Positions 13,435 to 26,769 of a stretch of 64,000 nucleotides of DNA are shown piece by piece. The notes below the pieces were generated by a model that worked only from the letters and a program-made list of their open reading frames with translations, made no database searches and was not told the DNA's origin. The DNA is taken from assembly GCF_006345805.1 (NCBI RefSeq), contig NC_043020.1:2976001-3040000 (forward strand). The letters run 5' to 3'. Within the stretch, counting starts at the first letter, position 1; each line of letters begins with the position of its first letter. Position numbers and translations under genes: made by a program. Source of the DNA: Octopus sinensis. Taxonomy: Eukaryota.

Positions 13435-15152
13435 TTGACAGAAGTCCTTACAAATTAGGTCATCTAGTACTATGAGCCAACATTGGATCTTCGTTGGATT
13501 ACCTAGAAATGGTAGCTAAATTTCACTCAAATTATACCCTAACACCTTAAAAGACAGAAAGTGTACCTTCTATCAAAGTAGGCTTAAATACTTGTAAAGC
13601 GGTAGGAAGGTCATGGCAGAAACATCCCAGACATAGGTCTGCTCAATTTAGAGACAACCAAGTGAGAAGATGTTGTAACTGCTATTGCTGTCTGGGAGCA
13701 TCAACTTTTACAGGTGTCTCAACAACTTTCAGAAGATCAAGAATTGCAGCCTCTACTATCAACACCATTCACAATTAAGTCTTTAACCCTAATATACCTT
13801 GATGACCCAACGCCCCATTAATGATTGTGAAATTCTTTCATTTCAGTAGTTTATAGTTTGTTGTGTATTCATTATATTGTTTTACATCCATCACAGGTAT
13901 TCCTTTGGGTCACAAATTTATTTTAGCAGGTTTAGGGGTTAGACTTATTATGCCACCCAATTTCACACAAAACATAAGGATGTTGGATTGTCCTTAGCAA
14001 GAACTCAGACTTAATCTCCAGCATGAGGATGGTCCAGTTTCATACTGCACCTTCCCTTTGTGTAGGGCTGCTGTTTGCTAAAAGATACCATTTGAAGCAG
14101 TTCTCAAACATGAGATATCACTTCTAAACTTGTAAAAGCAAAACACTCATCTCTTAAATATAGAACTGTACCAAGCCACTAGTTGAGAGTTCAAATCCAT
14201 TGCTGGCTTTTTCTGATAGTCATCTATCCAGCGGCAGATTTGTCCTACATCTGATTAACAAAATTAAAATGGGCAAGTGTCCAGCACCCCCTGTTGAGTT
14301 TTATTTTCTTTTGACATTTTAAAAAATATTTCTCTTGAAAATTATTTCACTTGAAACTTTGTTTTTTAATAACAATTCAAACTGGATTTGACAGGTTCAA
14401 AAATTTAGACATATTTCCTTTTTTTAATTATTATTATTATTATTATTATTTTGGATGCCCAATTTACTATTTTGTTGTGTGGAGACCCAAAAATCTTATA
14501 TGGACCCTCAGGGGCCATATGGGTCCCTGTTGAGAGCCACTGATGTAGATAAACAGAGAGTGGTGATATCATTACTGTGCCAGCATTGATATAATAGTAA
14601 ATGATAGATTAGGTTTGAGACAGCCAGTGTATAAAAGTGTATGTATATATATATATAGATATATATGTATATATGCATGTCTGCCTCCATATGTGAGTGT
14701 ACTGGCATATGTATAAATGTGTGTGTGTGTGTAGATATGTGTATGTGCATATGTGTTTGTGCAAATATAAGTGTTTCTCTGTGTGTGTCAGTGTGTGTGT
14801 GAAGAAGAGTGTAAGAGAGATGTGGACAAAGTGAAATCGACAGTTTTATCAATAAAGTGATTACGCAAGAATCAATATGATGATTAAATGAGGGGGTAAA
14901 AGAGAAAGAGCAAGAAGAGAGGGAAAAGAGGGAGGGAGATGAAAGAGAAATGGAAGGAGGGAGTGAGAAAGAAAGGGAGAGAGCATATGACTACAGATTA
15001 TAGTCTTACATGCACATTTATTCAAATACACACACTTACACACACACCACTAACTTGCAACTTCCTGCAGCCATTGACATGTTCAAAGGGAACATTAACC
15101 AATGGTCTCAGAGATTCTATAAACATCATGGACACATCCTTTCTTTCAGAAT

Positions 15153-15200
<48 letters not shown>

Positions 15201-15302
15201 GACATACATGCAGAACTTTACTTGAGTAAACACACACACACACACACAGATATTTATTATACATCCACATTTATTATACATCCATATATATATCTCAGTT
15301 CT

Positions 15303-15795
15303 GTGGTGCAAATGATCTTATGGTCTGTGATACTGACTTCAGGAAATTTGCCAGTCACCTGTTCACCTCCCAGTCTGCTGGGTACACTGGTCAGATTGAC
15401 TACATTCTCACCAGGAAACAAGAAAGATGATTACTTATAAATGCCAAAACTTTCCCAGGTGAAGAATGCACCCCAAAAGACAACCAGTGTAGAAAAGAAG
15501 GGTCTGGAAGCTTCAGGATCCCCTGAATGGACAGATATTTTTGAAAAATTTTACTTGAAGCTTTTGACGAAAAATAGGAGGATATAGCATTACATAACGT
15601 GGAGGGCAACTGGAAGTTCCTATGGGACAACCTGTTGAGGGCTTGTGACCAGATCTGTAGCTGATGCAAAGTCCCCTCTCGACCTAAGGTGACATGGTGG
15701 TGGAACAATGTAGTTGACAGGGCCATTAGGGAAAAGAAACAGGCATGGAAGGACTGGAAGTGCGATGGTAGCAGGGAACTGTATCAGATAGCCAA
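15303..15795 (+). mobile_element. RTE LINE endonuclease C-terminus and linker, decayed
   Basis: ANDLMVCDTDFRK..SHLFT.QS.GY.GQIDYILTRK...FPGEEC...VTWWWNNVVDRAIREKKQAWKDWK. Confidence 0.82.
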
Positions 15796-18477
15796 GCTCC
15801 AATCTTGATCTGGCAGAGTTTCTACAGCTGGATGCCCTTCCTAACGCCAACCACTCTGAGAGTGTAGTTGGTGCTTTTATGTGCCACCGGCACGGGGGCC
15901 AGTCAGGCAGTACTGGCAGCGACCTCGCTAGAATCTTTTTACACATGCCACCAGCACAGGTGCCAGTAAGGCATTGCTGGTAACGATCACGCTCGAATGG
16001 TGCCTCTTACATGCCACCAGCACGGAAGCCAGTTAGCTGCTCTGGCAACGATCACGCTCGGATAGAGCTCTTATTTTATGAAAAGAAAATATTCTCATGT
16101 AACACCAAGTCTTAGTTAAAAAAAAAAAGCAAAAAAATCTGATGTTTAGTTATTGCTATAGTTGATGTAATATCTATTTTGTAATTAGTTGGTTATTTCC
16201 CATATCTCATTGTAGATTGTATAGTTCTTCTTCAGAAATGTATAGCTGCTACCCTATGGACATTAGCATTTGTTAGTTGTAAATATAAGAGTAAAATAGA
16301 TCATGAGAGACTCCTTTCTTTCTGTGATGTGTTAATTTATTTGCTTTAACTCAGTTTTCTGTAATAGCTAGGATCACTTTCAACTCTCTCACATTTATGA
16401 ACTCCAATCTAAATTTAATTAGATGTTTAATAAAATATGTCTTAACTTCAAGTAATGTTCATCAATGTTTATGTAATATGTTTCTCTGTGGATAAAGAGC
16501 ATCACAATAAATCTGCTGATGTATTTGGTACACTGGAGTTGATGCAGAGAAGCAGCTTTCATTGGCTGCATTATGTGACCTGATTTGGATCAAGACACTA
16601 CCGAATCTTGACCTGGTTTTTCTTACATGCATGCACTACAGAGTGTGCTTGATGATGGAAGTGACTCTTAACACACATAATATTTTACTTTGAGCATTTA
16701 CACACACACACAGAGGATGGGGGCAGGCAGAGATTTGTAGTTTAGACTTAGCAATGAAACAACAAACTTCAGCTATTTTAATTTACATCTGTCTTCAAAT
16801 ATTAACTTTTTGTTACAATAGAATGTATATGAGGACACATGCATCTGTCTGTGAGTATGTGGTTGCATGCATGCGCGTTTGACTAAATATGCTTGCATGA
16901 ATACAAGATGAGTTTAATTGTTTCCATATGATTTTAAATGCATATGTATGCATATATTTTTGTATGTGTGTGTAAATGTGATGTAAATTGAAGAATATAA
17001 TATTTACATGTGTGCATATGTATATATACTATCAAGTATATGCAGACACACACACATACATATGAATATATACAATGGGCTTCTTTCAGTTTCCATCTAC
17101 CAAATCCACTCACAAGGCTTTGGTTGGTCCAAGACTATAGAAGAAGACATTTGCCCAAAGTGTCATGCAGTGGGACTGAACCTGGAATCATGTGGTTGAG
17201 AAGCAAGCTTCATACCACACAGCCATGCCTACACACACACATGTGTGTGTGTAAGTATGTATGTATATAGATTGGTGAATGTATTTACAAATGAAAATGC
17301 ACTCAATATATGAAGTAATATATATTTCTCTTTTCTAGAGACCTGATGCAATTCAAGAAGTTTCAGTTTCTAATAAAACACAGAGGAGGGCACGTGTGTG
17401 TGCAGCTGGAATGTTTGCCTTGAAAACACATGATCCCAGCTTTATTCCCACAGTGTGACATGTTGGGCAGGTGACCTCTACCATAGCTGCAGGTTGGCCG
17501 ATGTCTTGTGAATAAAAATAACAGATGGAAACTGTGCAGAAGACATTGTACATGTCTATGTATATTCATGCATTGAATATTGTTGTTGTGGTGTCTTTGC
17601 AGGGACATCATCATCGTTTATCGTCCGTTTTCCATGCTAGCATGGGTTGGACGGTTCGACCGGGATCTGGGAAGCCAGGAGGCTGCACCAAGCTCCAATC
17701 TGATCTGGCAGTGTTTCTACAGCTGGATGCCCTTCCTAACGCCAACCACTCTGTGAGTGTAGTGAGTGCTTTTACATGCCACCAGCACAGGTGCCAGGGG
17801 AGGCTGGCAATGGCCACGATCAGTTGGTGGTTTTTACGTGCCACCGACACGGAAGCCAGTCAAGGTGGCGCTGGCATCGGCCACATATGGATGGTGCTTT
17901 TTACGTGCTACCGGCCATTTAAAAAAATTATGTATGCATGTGCAAATTTGTATACAACATTGCAAGTGCTAGTTTGTGTATATGTGTGTGTATACAACCA
18001 TACAAGTTACAATTAAATCAAACATAGAATACAGCTTTGAATATATTTGCTATATACATTCACACTCTCTTACATGGGTTTCCAGTTACCACAGAAATTG
18101 AACATATTTACAGTTTGGTGGACTAAGCCAAGGGGAGGGGAATGTGTAGGAGCTCAATTCTGGTAATGTGAAACCAGCATCACCATTATTATTTCATTTA
18201 CCATAACTGTATGTCTGAGAAAGTGCAGTATTAAACTTGTAACAGGAATATTTAGCAACACCAAAATTTAGAAATCAAACCCAGATCATTATATCTGAAG
18301 CAAAAACCAACTTGAAAAAATGATTATAATTCACTAAAATATTAGGGAAGTCATAAAAAAATCTGACCATTCAAGACTTCATGTGGAACCAGGTCTAACA
18401 ATAATTTCATCTTTGGTGTGCTTTTTCTGACCAAAACCACCATAATATATTCAGTGCATTTTAGCCACTACAGATAG

Positions 18478-18551
18478 ATGGCAATCTGGACACAGCACAT
18501 GGCAGTCTGGACACAACACATGGCAGTCTGGACACAACACATGGCAGTCTG
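18478..18551. repeat. 21-bp minisatellite, 3.5 copies (ATGGCAGTCTGGACACAACAC)
   Basis: Units at 18478, 18499, 18520 and a partial unit at 18541; the first unit has 2 substitutions. Confidence 0.9.
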
Positions 18552-20026
18552 CAGACAGCAGTAGAACCAGTAGCGGGCAAGAGTGCGGCCACAATACAAA
18601 AACAATGGACAGCAGCAACATGCCTTGACCAGCTAACCTCAACAAATTTACAACTGTGACTACTAACATATTTAGTCCAAGAACAAGAAGCTTTGAACCG
18701 TCTCAGTGTTTGTCATTGGTACTAATGACAACATTTTTGTTTAGGATGAAAATAATTTCTTATTAAAAATCTCAGAGTTCTTTACCATAACAGACTAAAT
18801 GTGCTGCAGACATGGTTTTGTCTTCTTCAGTTTTTAGTTCAAACCTCAGTGGATGGAGTGATGCATTTCTTTATTACCCACAAGGGGCTAAACACAGAGA
18901 GGACAAACAAGGAGAGACAAATGGATTAAGTCAATTATATCAACCCCAGTAACTGGTACTTATTTAATCGACCCCGAAAGGATGAAAGGGAAAGTCGACC
19001 TTGGCAGAATTTGAACTCAGAACATAGCGGTAGATGAAATACCGCTAAGCATTTCACCTGGCACGCTAATGTTTCTGCCAGCTTGCCGCTCTTCTATACC
19101 ATACCCTTATGTTAGTCATTTTGTTAACACCTCAACCAGCTTGCAAATCTTACAACAGATGTATTCAAATGTCTATTTGAATAGTACGAATTATAAAAGC
19201 TAGCCCCTGGGAGGTGAAAAACTAAAAATCGTCACCACTACCACTATTGCTTCCTCTGAATGGTTGCTTGACCTGCCAGATATAGCAACCAAATCTCTCC
19301 CAAATTATACACTACCATTTTAAACACATTGGATATAGAAGTCCTGGATATTCCAAAAATATATTAAAGATGGTATGGTTTGAATGACTTTGATCATGTC
19401 TGGTGAATTAGGACTGACCAGGGATTAAAATCCACCACCGACAATACCATCATCACCATCATGATAATAATAATAAGCACAATCATTGTTGTTATCAACA
19501 GAATCATTATCAGCATCCACATAATTGCCATCATCCTCATCACCACCACCACCACCAGGTGGAGGAAGATGTTTCCAATGTATTTGGATGTTATTAAATT
19601 TTGTGTTGCCAGTGCCAAGAGGTGGGGCTTTTCTTTCTTTCATTCTTTGAATCTTCAAAATCCTTTTATGGCACTCACACAGGTTTGGAATATGAGTTTA
19701 GTGGCTATCTTGCAAGATACAGCATTAATACTTACCTGGGCACACACACACATATGTGCAGACACACATTCATACACACACACACACACACACACACACA
19801 ATCTTAACTGTCTCTGAAATGTTACCATCTTTGGTTTTCAGCTGTTGCCAATAAACTCCCATCACTATTTAGAGTTTTAAACTTTATTTATAAAATTATT
19901 TCTTTATCTATTCGCCAGCTGATGCTGCTATTACTAACGAGACTACCACTACCACCACGACACAGCAATTACTACCAACTCTGTTATTATTGTGGAAGAT
20001 TAGTAAAGTCAAACAAAATGCTTTAA

Positions 20027-20247
20027 CCCTTTCGTTACCAACCTGGCTGAAACCGACTCTGGCTCTGTAGTATTAATGTCTTGTTTTCATAAGTTTTGAA
20101 TTAATATCTTCCACCAAACCTTAGTCACAATTTATGTTCCTAACACTAGCTTAATGATAACTAAGTTATTTTACTAAATTCTTTGTTATATTTAAAGTAA
20201 TTGAAAGAAACACAGAGCATCTCAAAATAAATACAGTAATAAAAGGG
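20027..20247. mobile_element. piggyBac-type MITE (221 bp), TTAA TSD
   Basis: TTAA|CCCTTTCGTTAC ... GTAATAAAAGGG|TTAA. Confidence 0.85.
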
Positions 20248-20261
20248 TTAAGTTCAAATAC

Positions 20262-20494
20262 CTATTTCTTTACTACCCACAAGGGGCTAAACACAGAAGG
20301 GACAAACAAGGACGCCAAACGGATTAAGTTGATTATATCGACCCCAGTGTGTAACTGGTACTTATTTAATCAACCCTGAAAGGATGAAAGGCAAAGTCGA
20401 CCTCGGCGGAATTTGAACTCAGAACATAGCAGCAGACGAAATACTGCTAAGCATTTCGCCCGGCATGCTAACGATTCTGCCAGCTCGCTGTCTT
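20262..20494 (-). mobile_element. tRNA-derived SINE family 2 with Nin/Deu-like central domain. Other copies: 5080-5260(+), 10710-10890(-), 18865-19093(-), 21590-21790(+), 31090-31700(+, several), 38125-38590(+, several), 42520-42750(+), 45003-45213(+), 45253-45480(+), 49820-49970(+), 50252-50890(-, three), 51660-51800(+), 57520-57670(-), 57905-58070(+), 60195-60410(-), 63490-63705(-)
   Basis: Head GCGAGCTGGCAGAATCGTTAGC, B-box GAGTTCAAATTCC, central GACTTTGCCTTTCATCCTTTC.GGGT.GA..AAATAAGTACCAG. Assignment to the Nin/Deu domain is from memory. Confidence 0.85.
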
Positions 20495-20504
20495 AACCCT
20501 AACC

Positions 20505-20952
20505 CTTACCAGATCACTCTCAGTGCCCCTGGATAAATGAAGGTTAAGTTTGAGGAAAGAAAGAAAGGAGGGTGGTACAAAAATACATTCAGCACAACAT
20601 GAAACATTTAAGTTGACAGTTCCAAGGATATGAGTGGTACTTGTCAACACAAGTTTTTTGATTTCTTTGAGATATGGTTCTCCTGAGATGTTATCTAGAT
20701 GTTTCCGACACACCACCTTTTTCTTTTACCATACCAAGATCACCCCCAATAATAGGGGAAGGTTTCGCTTTAAGGTGCCACATCATTTCTATTGCAATTT
20801 CAAGTTCCTTATATTTAATGAGCTTGTCAAATTCCTTGACAGATACATTCTTATCAGTGAGGAAACTTATTTCTATCAGTTTATGTGCATTTTCTTTCCT
20901 GTCTTTAATGAGTATGTCTGGTCTGTTAGTCTGAATTGTTCTGTAAGTGTTT
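20505..20952 (-). mobile_element. R4/Dong-clade non-LTR retrotransposon 3' end with restriction-like endonuclease
   Basis: RTIQTNRPDILIKDRK...LIEIS...DKNVSVKEFDKLIKYKELEIAIEMMWHLK..P.I.G.LG, then EIKKLVL...THIL. The 5' side abuts a long (TAA/ATT)n array. Confidence 0.85.
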
Positions 20953-20954
20953 AT

Positions 20955-21135
20955 TAATATCATTATTATTATTATTATTATACTACTACTACTACTATTA
21001 ATTATTATTATTATTAACAACAACAACAATAATTTTGATATTAATAATATTATTATAATATTAATAATTAAAATAATATCAATAATAAATAACACATTAT
21101 TATTATGAATGATAATAGTATTATTATTATCTACA
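20955..21135. repeat. (ATT/TAA)n-rich array
   Basis: Directly visible; abuts the R4/Dong-like fragment. Confidence 0.9.
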
Positions 21136-21834
21136 ATAACTTCGAGCTATTCTCTGTAACAGGAAAAGAAGTGAAATAAATAGATGACAACAGTTTTTAA
21201 TCTAATCACTCCCTCTGGGTGACTAAATCGTATTATCAATATATAATTTAAATATTAAATATATATTTAACAGAAACGCTGCCAGAAGGCAGACATCATG
21301 ACGCTGAAGACATTCATGTGTGTGTGAAGTGTGTGCGTGTATGTATTGTGAATGCCTGTGTGTGTACATGCACACACATACACTCGTGTATGTGTGTGGT
21401 TTGTGTTAGGAAGGGCTCGAGTCTTTCACTGGTTTCAGTAATCCGACTGCTACCGTGTTGCAGCAGTGACTCAAAGTGTGTTGGCAAATCATATCTGTCA
21501 CTTATTTTATTGATCTCTATTTGCTGAACTGCTAACACCACGTAAAAACGATAATATGAGAAAATGTAAATATAAATGTTGACACAAGAATTTATAAACT
21601 TTCAAGGGAATGCTAAGCAGTATTTTGTCAGTCTTTAGGTTCTGAGTTCAAATTCCACCAAAGTCGACTTTGCCTTTCATCCTTTCGGAGTCAATAAATT
21701 AAGCACCAGTTGCATACTGGTGTCAATCTCATCGACTTTCCCCTTCTGCCAAAATTTCGGGCCTTGTGTCCAGAGAAGAAAAGAATAAAGAACACATCTA
21801 AAACAGCTGTAGTGAACCTCAACCCATCTGCATG

Positions 21835-21865
<31 letters not shown>

Positions 21866-22309
21866 ACATATGCATGTGTAGTTTATACACATGCACACGT
21901 GCGTGCACACACACATACACACGTATATTGCAGATAACCGCAATGACAAGCAGACAAAAAGGATATGATGTCTTCAGTTGATTAACCCAAGAATTTACTA
22001 ATGGTTGCCAAGAACTCTTTTTTTTTGATATTTTGGGTTTCTTTGCTGGCTTTCAGTTTTAGGGATTAGTCTGGGTTTTGCTGTTTTTATTTCCAGACAC
22101 TTCACTTCTTCCCTGAGTTTATTTTCTTAATCTATTTCTCATTCTATTTCTTTGATTCTATTTTGTGTTTGTGTCTATTATTTTCTCTTTTCATTGTTTT
22201 TTACATTTTAACTTGTTCCTTGTTTTGTTAATCATTCTGTTTATGCTAGAAACTAATTCTGCTTCCTCACATGACTACATGATGTGCAGAGATATCAATC
22301 TGTCTATGA

Positions 22310-22355
<46 letters not shown>

Positions 22356-22490
22356 TGCTTTATTATTACTATTATTATTATTATTAGTAGTAGTAGTAGT
22401 AGTAGTAGTAGTAATGGTGGTGGTATGTGAATGTGTGTGCATATATGCATGTGTGTGTGTATGTATATATATATATAATATATATATATA

Positions 22491-22719
22491 CCGGAGTAAA
22501 CACATAAATGTGAAACAAGGTGGAAAAAAGAGTACTCAAATACCAGTGGTAGAGTAATATGCTTTATTTAAAGCAGCAGAAAATTCAACAAAATCTGTTA
22601 CTCTGAGTTTCTCGTTGCCGTTCATCAGACAGTTTTTTCTAGCAAAAACTGTCTGATGAACGGCAACGAGAAACTCAGAGTAACAGATTTTGTTGAATTT
22701 TCTGCTGCTTTAAATAAAG
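22491..22719. mobile_element. Penelope-like terminal fragment in inverted-duplication form, inserted in (TA)n
   Basis: 76-bp perfect inverted arms at 22562-22637 and 22644-22719. The minus copy extends to 22491. Hammerhead plus AATAAA; (TA)n on both sides; related 3' half at 62406-62462. Confidence 0.6.
22649..22686 (+). ncRNA. Minimal type-I hammerhead motif (Penelope-like); mirror copy on minus strand at 22595-22632
   Basis: CTGT-CTGATGA-A CG GCAA CG A-GAAA-CTCAGAG-TA-ACAG. Helix I is 4 bp + mismatch + 4 bp. Helix II has 2 bp with a GCAA loop and an A.A closing mismatch, which is atypical. Helix III is the near-palindrome ACTCAGAGT. Confidence 0.6.
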
Positions 22720-23964
22720 TATATATATATATATATATATCATCATCATCATCGTTGTTTAACATCTGCCTTCCATGCCGGCATGGGTTGGATGGTCTGA
22801 CAGGAACTGGCCAGACAGGAGCCTGCACCAGACTTCTGAGTCTCTTTTGGCAGGGCTTCTTACAGCTCGAGCCTTTCCTAACACAAACCACCCAGCAGAG
22901 TGGACCGAGTGCTTTTTACGTGGCACAAGCACAGGCAAGGTCAGTTTGGCATGGTCTTTACACTGGATGCCCTTCCTAATGCCAACCAACCACTTTACAG
23001 TGTGGGCAGAATGCTTTTTAAGTGGTACCAGCACTGGCAGGGTCACGAAGAAATTTGCAAGGCAAAGATCCTTTGAGAGGAGAGGTGGCATTGGAGGAGG
23101 AGGGGATCTTGTGTCAGATGAGGAAAGGTTATATTGAGACAGAGAGATGGAAACAGGTGTCTTGCTGTAGGGGAAGTACATGGTTACCTGGCCAGGGGAA
23201 GAGAGAAAAATGTGGACAGAAACAGGTGTGCTGCTGTAAAAGAGATAAATGGTTATCCAGCCTGAAGGAAGAGCAGAAGGAGGAGAGAGAGAGAGTGTGG
23301 GAGACAGCAGGAGTGCAAGAGAGAGCAGGGGAGAGATGGTGGCAAAATGCCAGGCATACTCACAAGGGGAGGGGATGAGAATATGGGCTGGTCAAGTTCA
23401 CGAAAAAAAAACAAAAGACGAAGACAAGTGGTGTACAAAACAACAGATGTATATATATGTGTATGTATATATATATATATATATATATTACATACACACA
23501 CCATTCTGGCATACACACACACACACACACAAAAACAATTTATCAGCCTACTATACAACTGTTGGCAGAATTCTGATTTTAAGCTCCCCATATAACCCCT
23601 CATAACTTTTTAACTTTTTGGAATTTTCAAAATATTTTTGTGAATTTGTGTTCTACACATGGGAATTTACACAATTATGGAAAGAAAATTTTTGTTTTTA
23701 GTTTTTAAACACCCCCACCCCTCCAATAATAAAATTTTCTCTCTTTTTCAAATTTGTTTTAAAATCAGAATTTAAATTACGGACAGACCAAATTTGCTTA
23801 AATTCCAACAATAGACCGCCCTTGGGTGCATCACCATTCCATTTGATGTGTTTATGGGCAGAAAAATTTTGGAAAATATCAATACACGTCAGAGTGACAA
23901 AGAAACAAGGAAGGTATCAGGTGGTTGTAAGATGTGTTAAAAATAACAGTTAAATCGCCCTTAA

Positions 23965-24184
23965 CCCTCTGGCATTCAGACTATTCTCTCAAATGTAATG
24001 CTTATTTATTCAGCTTGTTTTGAATTAATCTTGCATTATCTTGTAATTTCAAGATTTTGATGATGTGATAGAATATTTTTAAAATGGCATAGTGAGGTAG
24101 GTATGAAAGGCAAGATATGGCCAGGTTGAACATAAAGGAGGTAGAATATTTGGGATGGATATGACCGGTTTAAATGCTAAAGGG
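23965..24184. mobile_element. piggyBac-type MITE, second family (220 bp)
   Basis: TTAA|CCCTCTGGCATT ... AATGCTAAAGGG|TTAA; homologous to 59356-59576. Confidence 0.85.
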
Positions 24185-25351
24185 TTAAATCACACACACA
24201 AAAAATATTTTATTTTCCATAATTTTATGAATTCCCGTGTGCTGAACACAGATTCACAAAAAATTTTCTGAGAATTTCCAAAAATAAAAAAGTTGTGAGG
24301 TGCTTAACCCAGAGTTCCACCCCATTGTTAACTAGTTCCAGTAGATATCCTAAGATATTTACTGCGATCACAGACCCGAAACTAGTCTGTGCTACTACCA
24401 CCACCAACACCACCACCACTACTATTACAAACACCAGCAGCACCACTAACACTCATCTAAGAGTAACTAGTTACAGTAGAAAGAACAAATTCTACTGATA
24501 TCATTATGGAACCCCGGCCAACCTCCAACTAACACTGCCATTCATAACTCTCTCTTTCTCTCGCTCCAGAAGAGAGAGCAAGATAATTCCAGTGATACAC
24601 ACACACTTTTATTGTTACAGATTATGCTCTCGCTATATCTCTACCCTGGTAATATTATTAATATTATCAATTAGTTCCGGTGAAATACTTTGAAATAACC
24701 ATTTCCAGAAAAGACTGCTAAACATTCTGACGGTGGAAAGCAAAAGTTTTGCAATATTTAACCTAGAAGTCTTTCCAAAACCATTTTATTGCTAGATATT
24801 ATTGAAAAATTAGATAAAAGATTTCTAATAATGTGGTGGAAGTACAGAAATATTGTTCGTTTATATATTTTTCAATTCTTTTTCTTTCCTTTAATATATT
24901 GCTGTTTCTGGTTTTTGATTTGTGGTGGGCCTGGGATGGAGTCTTCTTTTCTCAGCCACTTTCTCTGCAATGTATTATTCTTCTCAAAAGAAGAAGAATG
25001 ACTAGAAATTCCTTTCTTTCGTTTTATATGGTAAATTAATCATCAAAGAACTGTCTATCTTCTGTGTGATGCTGTTTGTGAAAGAGATAACAAATAAAAC
25101 GTGAAGTTTTAATGTATTGCAAAATGTTTCAGAAACAAGAAGGGGAGAAAAAAAAAAAAGAAATGAATATGTGTGTATGTATATATGTGTGTGCATGTAT
25201 GTGTACGCTTGTGTTTGTGTGTGTGTGTGTGTTAGAAAAGCCATAATTTGGTTGTACTTCATTTCTACAACAATTTAAGTAATAGTTTTCATAAAAATTG
25301 CCCAGTTATTTTAATCCTGTGTATTAGTATATAAATGTGTGTGTGTGTATG

Positions 25352-25404
<53 letters not shown>

Positions 25405-25530
25405 TGAGAGAAAGAGAGAGTGAGAGACAGACAGACAGAGAGTGACGGCAAGAGAATGACATTTATATATGTGTGTATATATGCACATAGGTATATATGT
25501 ATTGCAGCTGCATGGCTGAAACAGATGAAA

Positions 25531-25572
<42 letters not shown>

Positions 25573-25684
25573 GAACACAGTCAGATGTAGGTATGAGAAA
25601 TGTATGTGTATGCCTGTATATGAGTATGTTGTGTACATGTGAGAAAGCATGTACGTAAATCACTATACATTGTGTCTGTATACA

Positions 25685-25715
<31 letters not shown>

Positions 25716-26487
25716 CTATCGCAATCTGCTCATTTACATAAGTTTAGTGTAAGTTGTTAGCTGCTCCGACTTTCAAGTATTTTAATGTCGGTGGTTCTTT
25801 ATCTTTTAATGTTTTGGTAAATGGGAGGAATTAAAAACCATTTTTTTGTAGCTAAGTTATTTAAAGAATTAAAGTGAATTGAAACTTCTAAACATTTATG
25901 TCTCCATTATCACACAAATACGACAACAGCCGTGCACCATCATAGTAAGGAAGAAAAAGATGTTAGTGCAACCGAACAAATACATAGGAGTGTGCTGTTG
26001 TTTAGCCCTAGGTCATCTCTGATCATACAGATCTATGATCAAAGATATTCGGGTGGTGACCATCTCATCTTTATATATATATACATATAGGCGTAGGAGT
26101 GGCTGTGTGGTAAGTAGCTTGTTTACCAACCACATGGTTCCGGGTTCAGTCCCACTGCATGGCATCTTGGGCAAGTGTCTTCTGTTATAGCCCTGGGCCG
26201 ACCAATGCCTTGGATTTGGTAGACGGAAACTGAAAGAAGCCTGTCGTATATATGTATATATATATATGTATGTGTGTGTATGTGTTTGTGTGTCTGTGTT
26301 TGTACCCCTAGCATTGCTTGACAACCAATGCTGGTGTGTTTATGTCCCCATCACTTAGCAGTTCGGCAAAAGAGACTGATAGAATAAGTGCTGGGCTTAC
26401 AAAGAATAAGTCCCGGGGTCGATTTGCTCGACTAAAGGCGGTGCTCCGGCATGGGCGCAGTCAAATTACTGAAGCAAGTAAAAGAGA

Positions 26488-26518
<31 letters not shown>

Positions 26519-26769
26519 CTGTAAAATAATATGTGACAATTATTTGGTAGCCAAGATAAATCCACAACACCATCTCTTTGGTTAACTGGCCATCTGAAAA
26601 ACGCTATGAAAAAAGGCCGTTATACAAAGGGAAATTACTATGTTATAGTCCGCTACTTATATAAAAGCACTAATTCAATGACCGCTAATTAAAATAAGGT
26701 TAAAAGTTCATAGTAAACACGTAAGCATGCCTGCTCATATGCACACATTCCTTTTTTCATAGCATTTTT

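Noticed and set aside
19736-19753. Strong CAG|GTAAGT donor with in-phase ATG (MCVCAQ) as a RAD52 first exon
   Set aside because: It lies in a (CA)n microsatellite, has no homology and no promoter evidence.
20495-20510. Telomere-like TTAGGG units
   Set aside because: Only about two units, at a TE junction.
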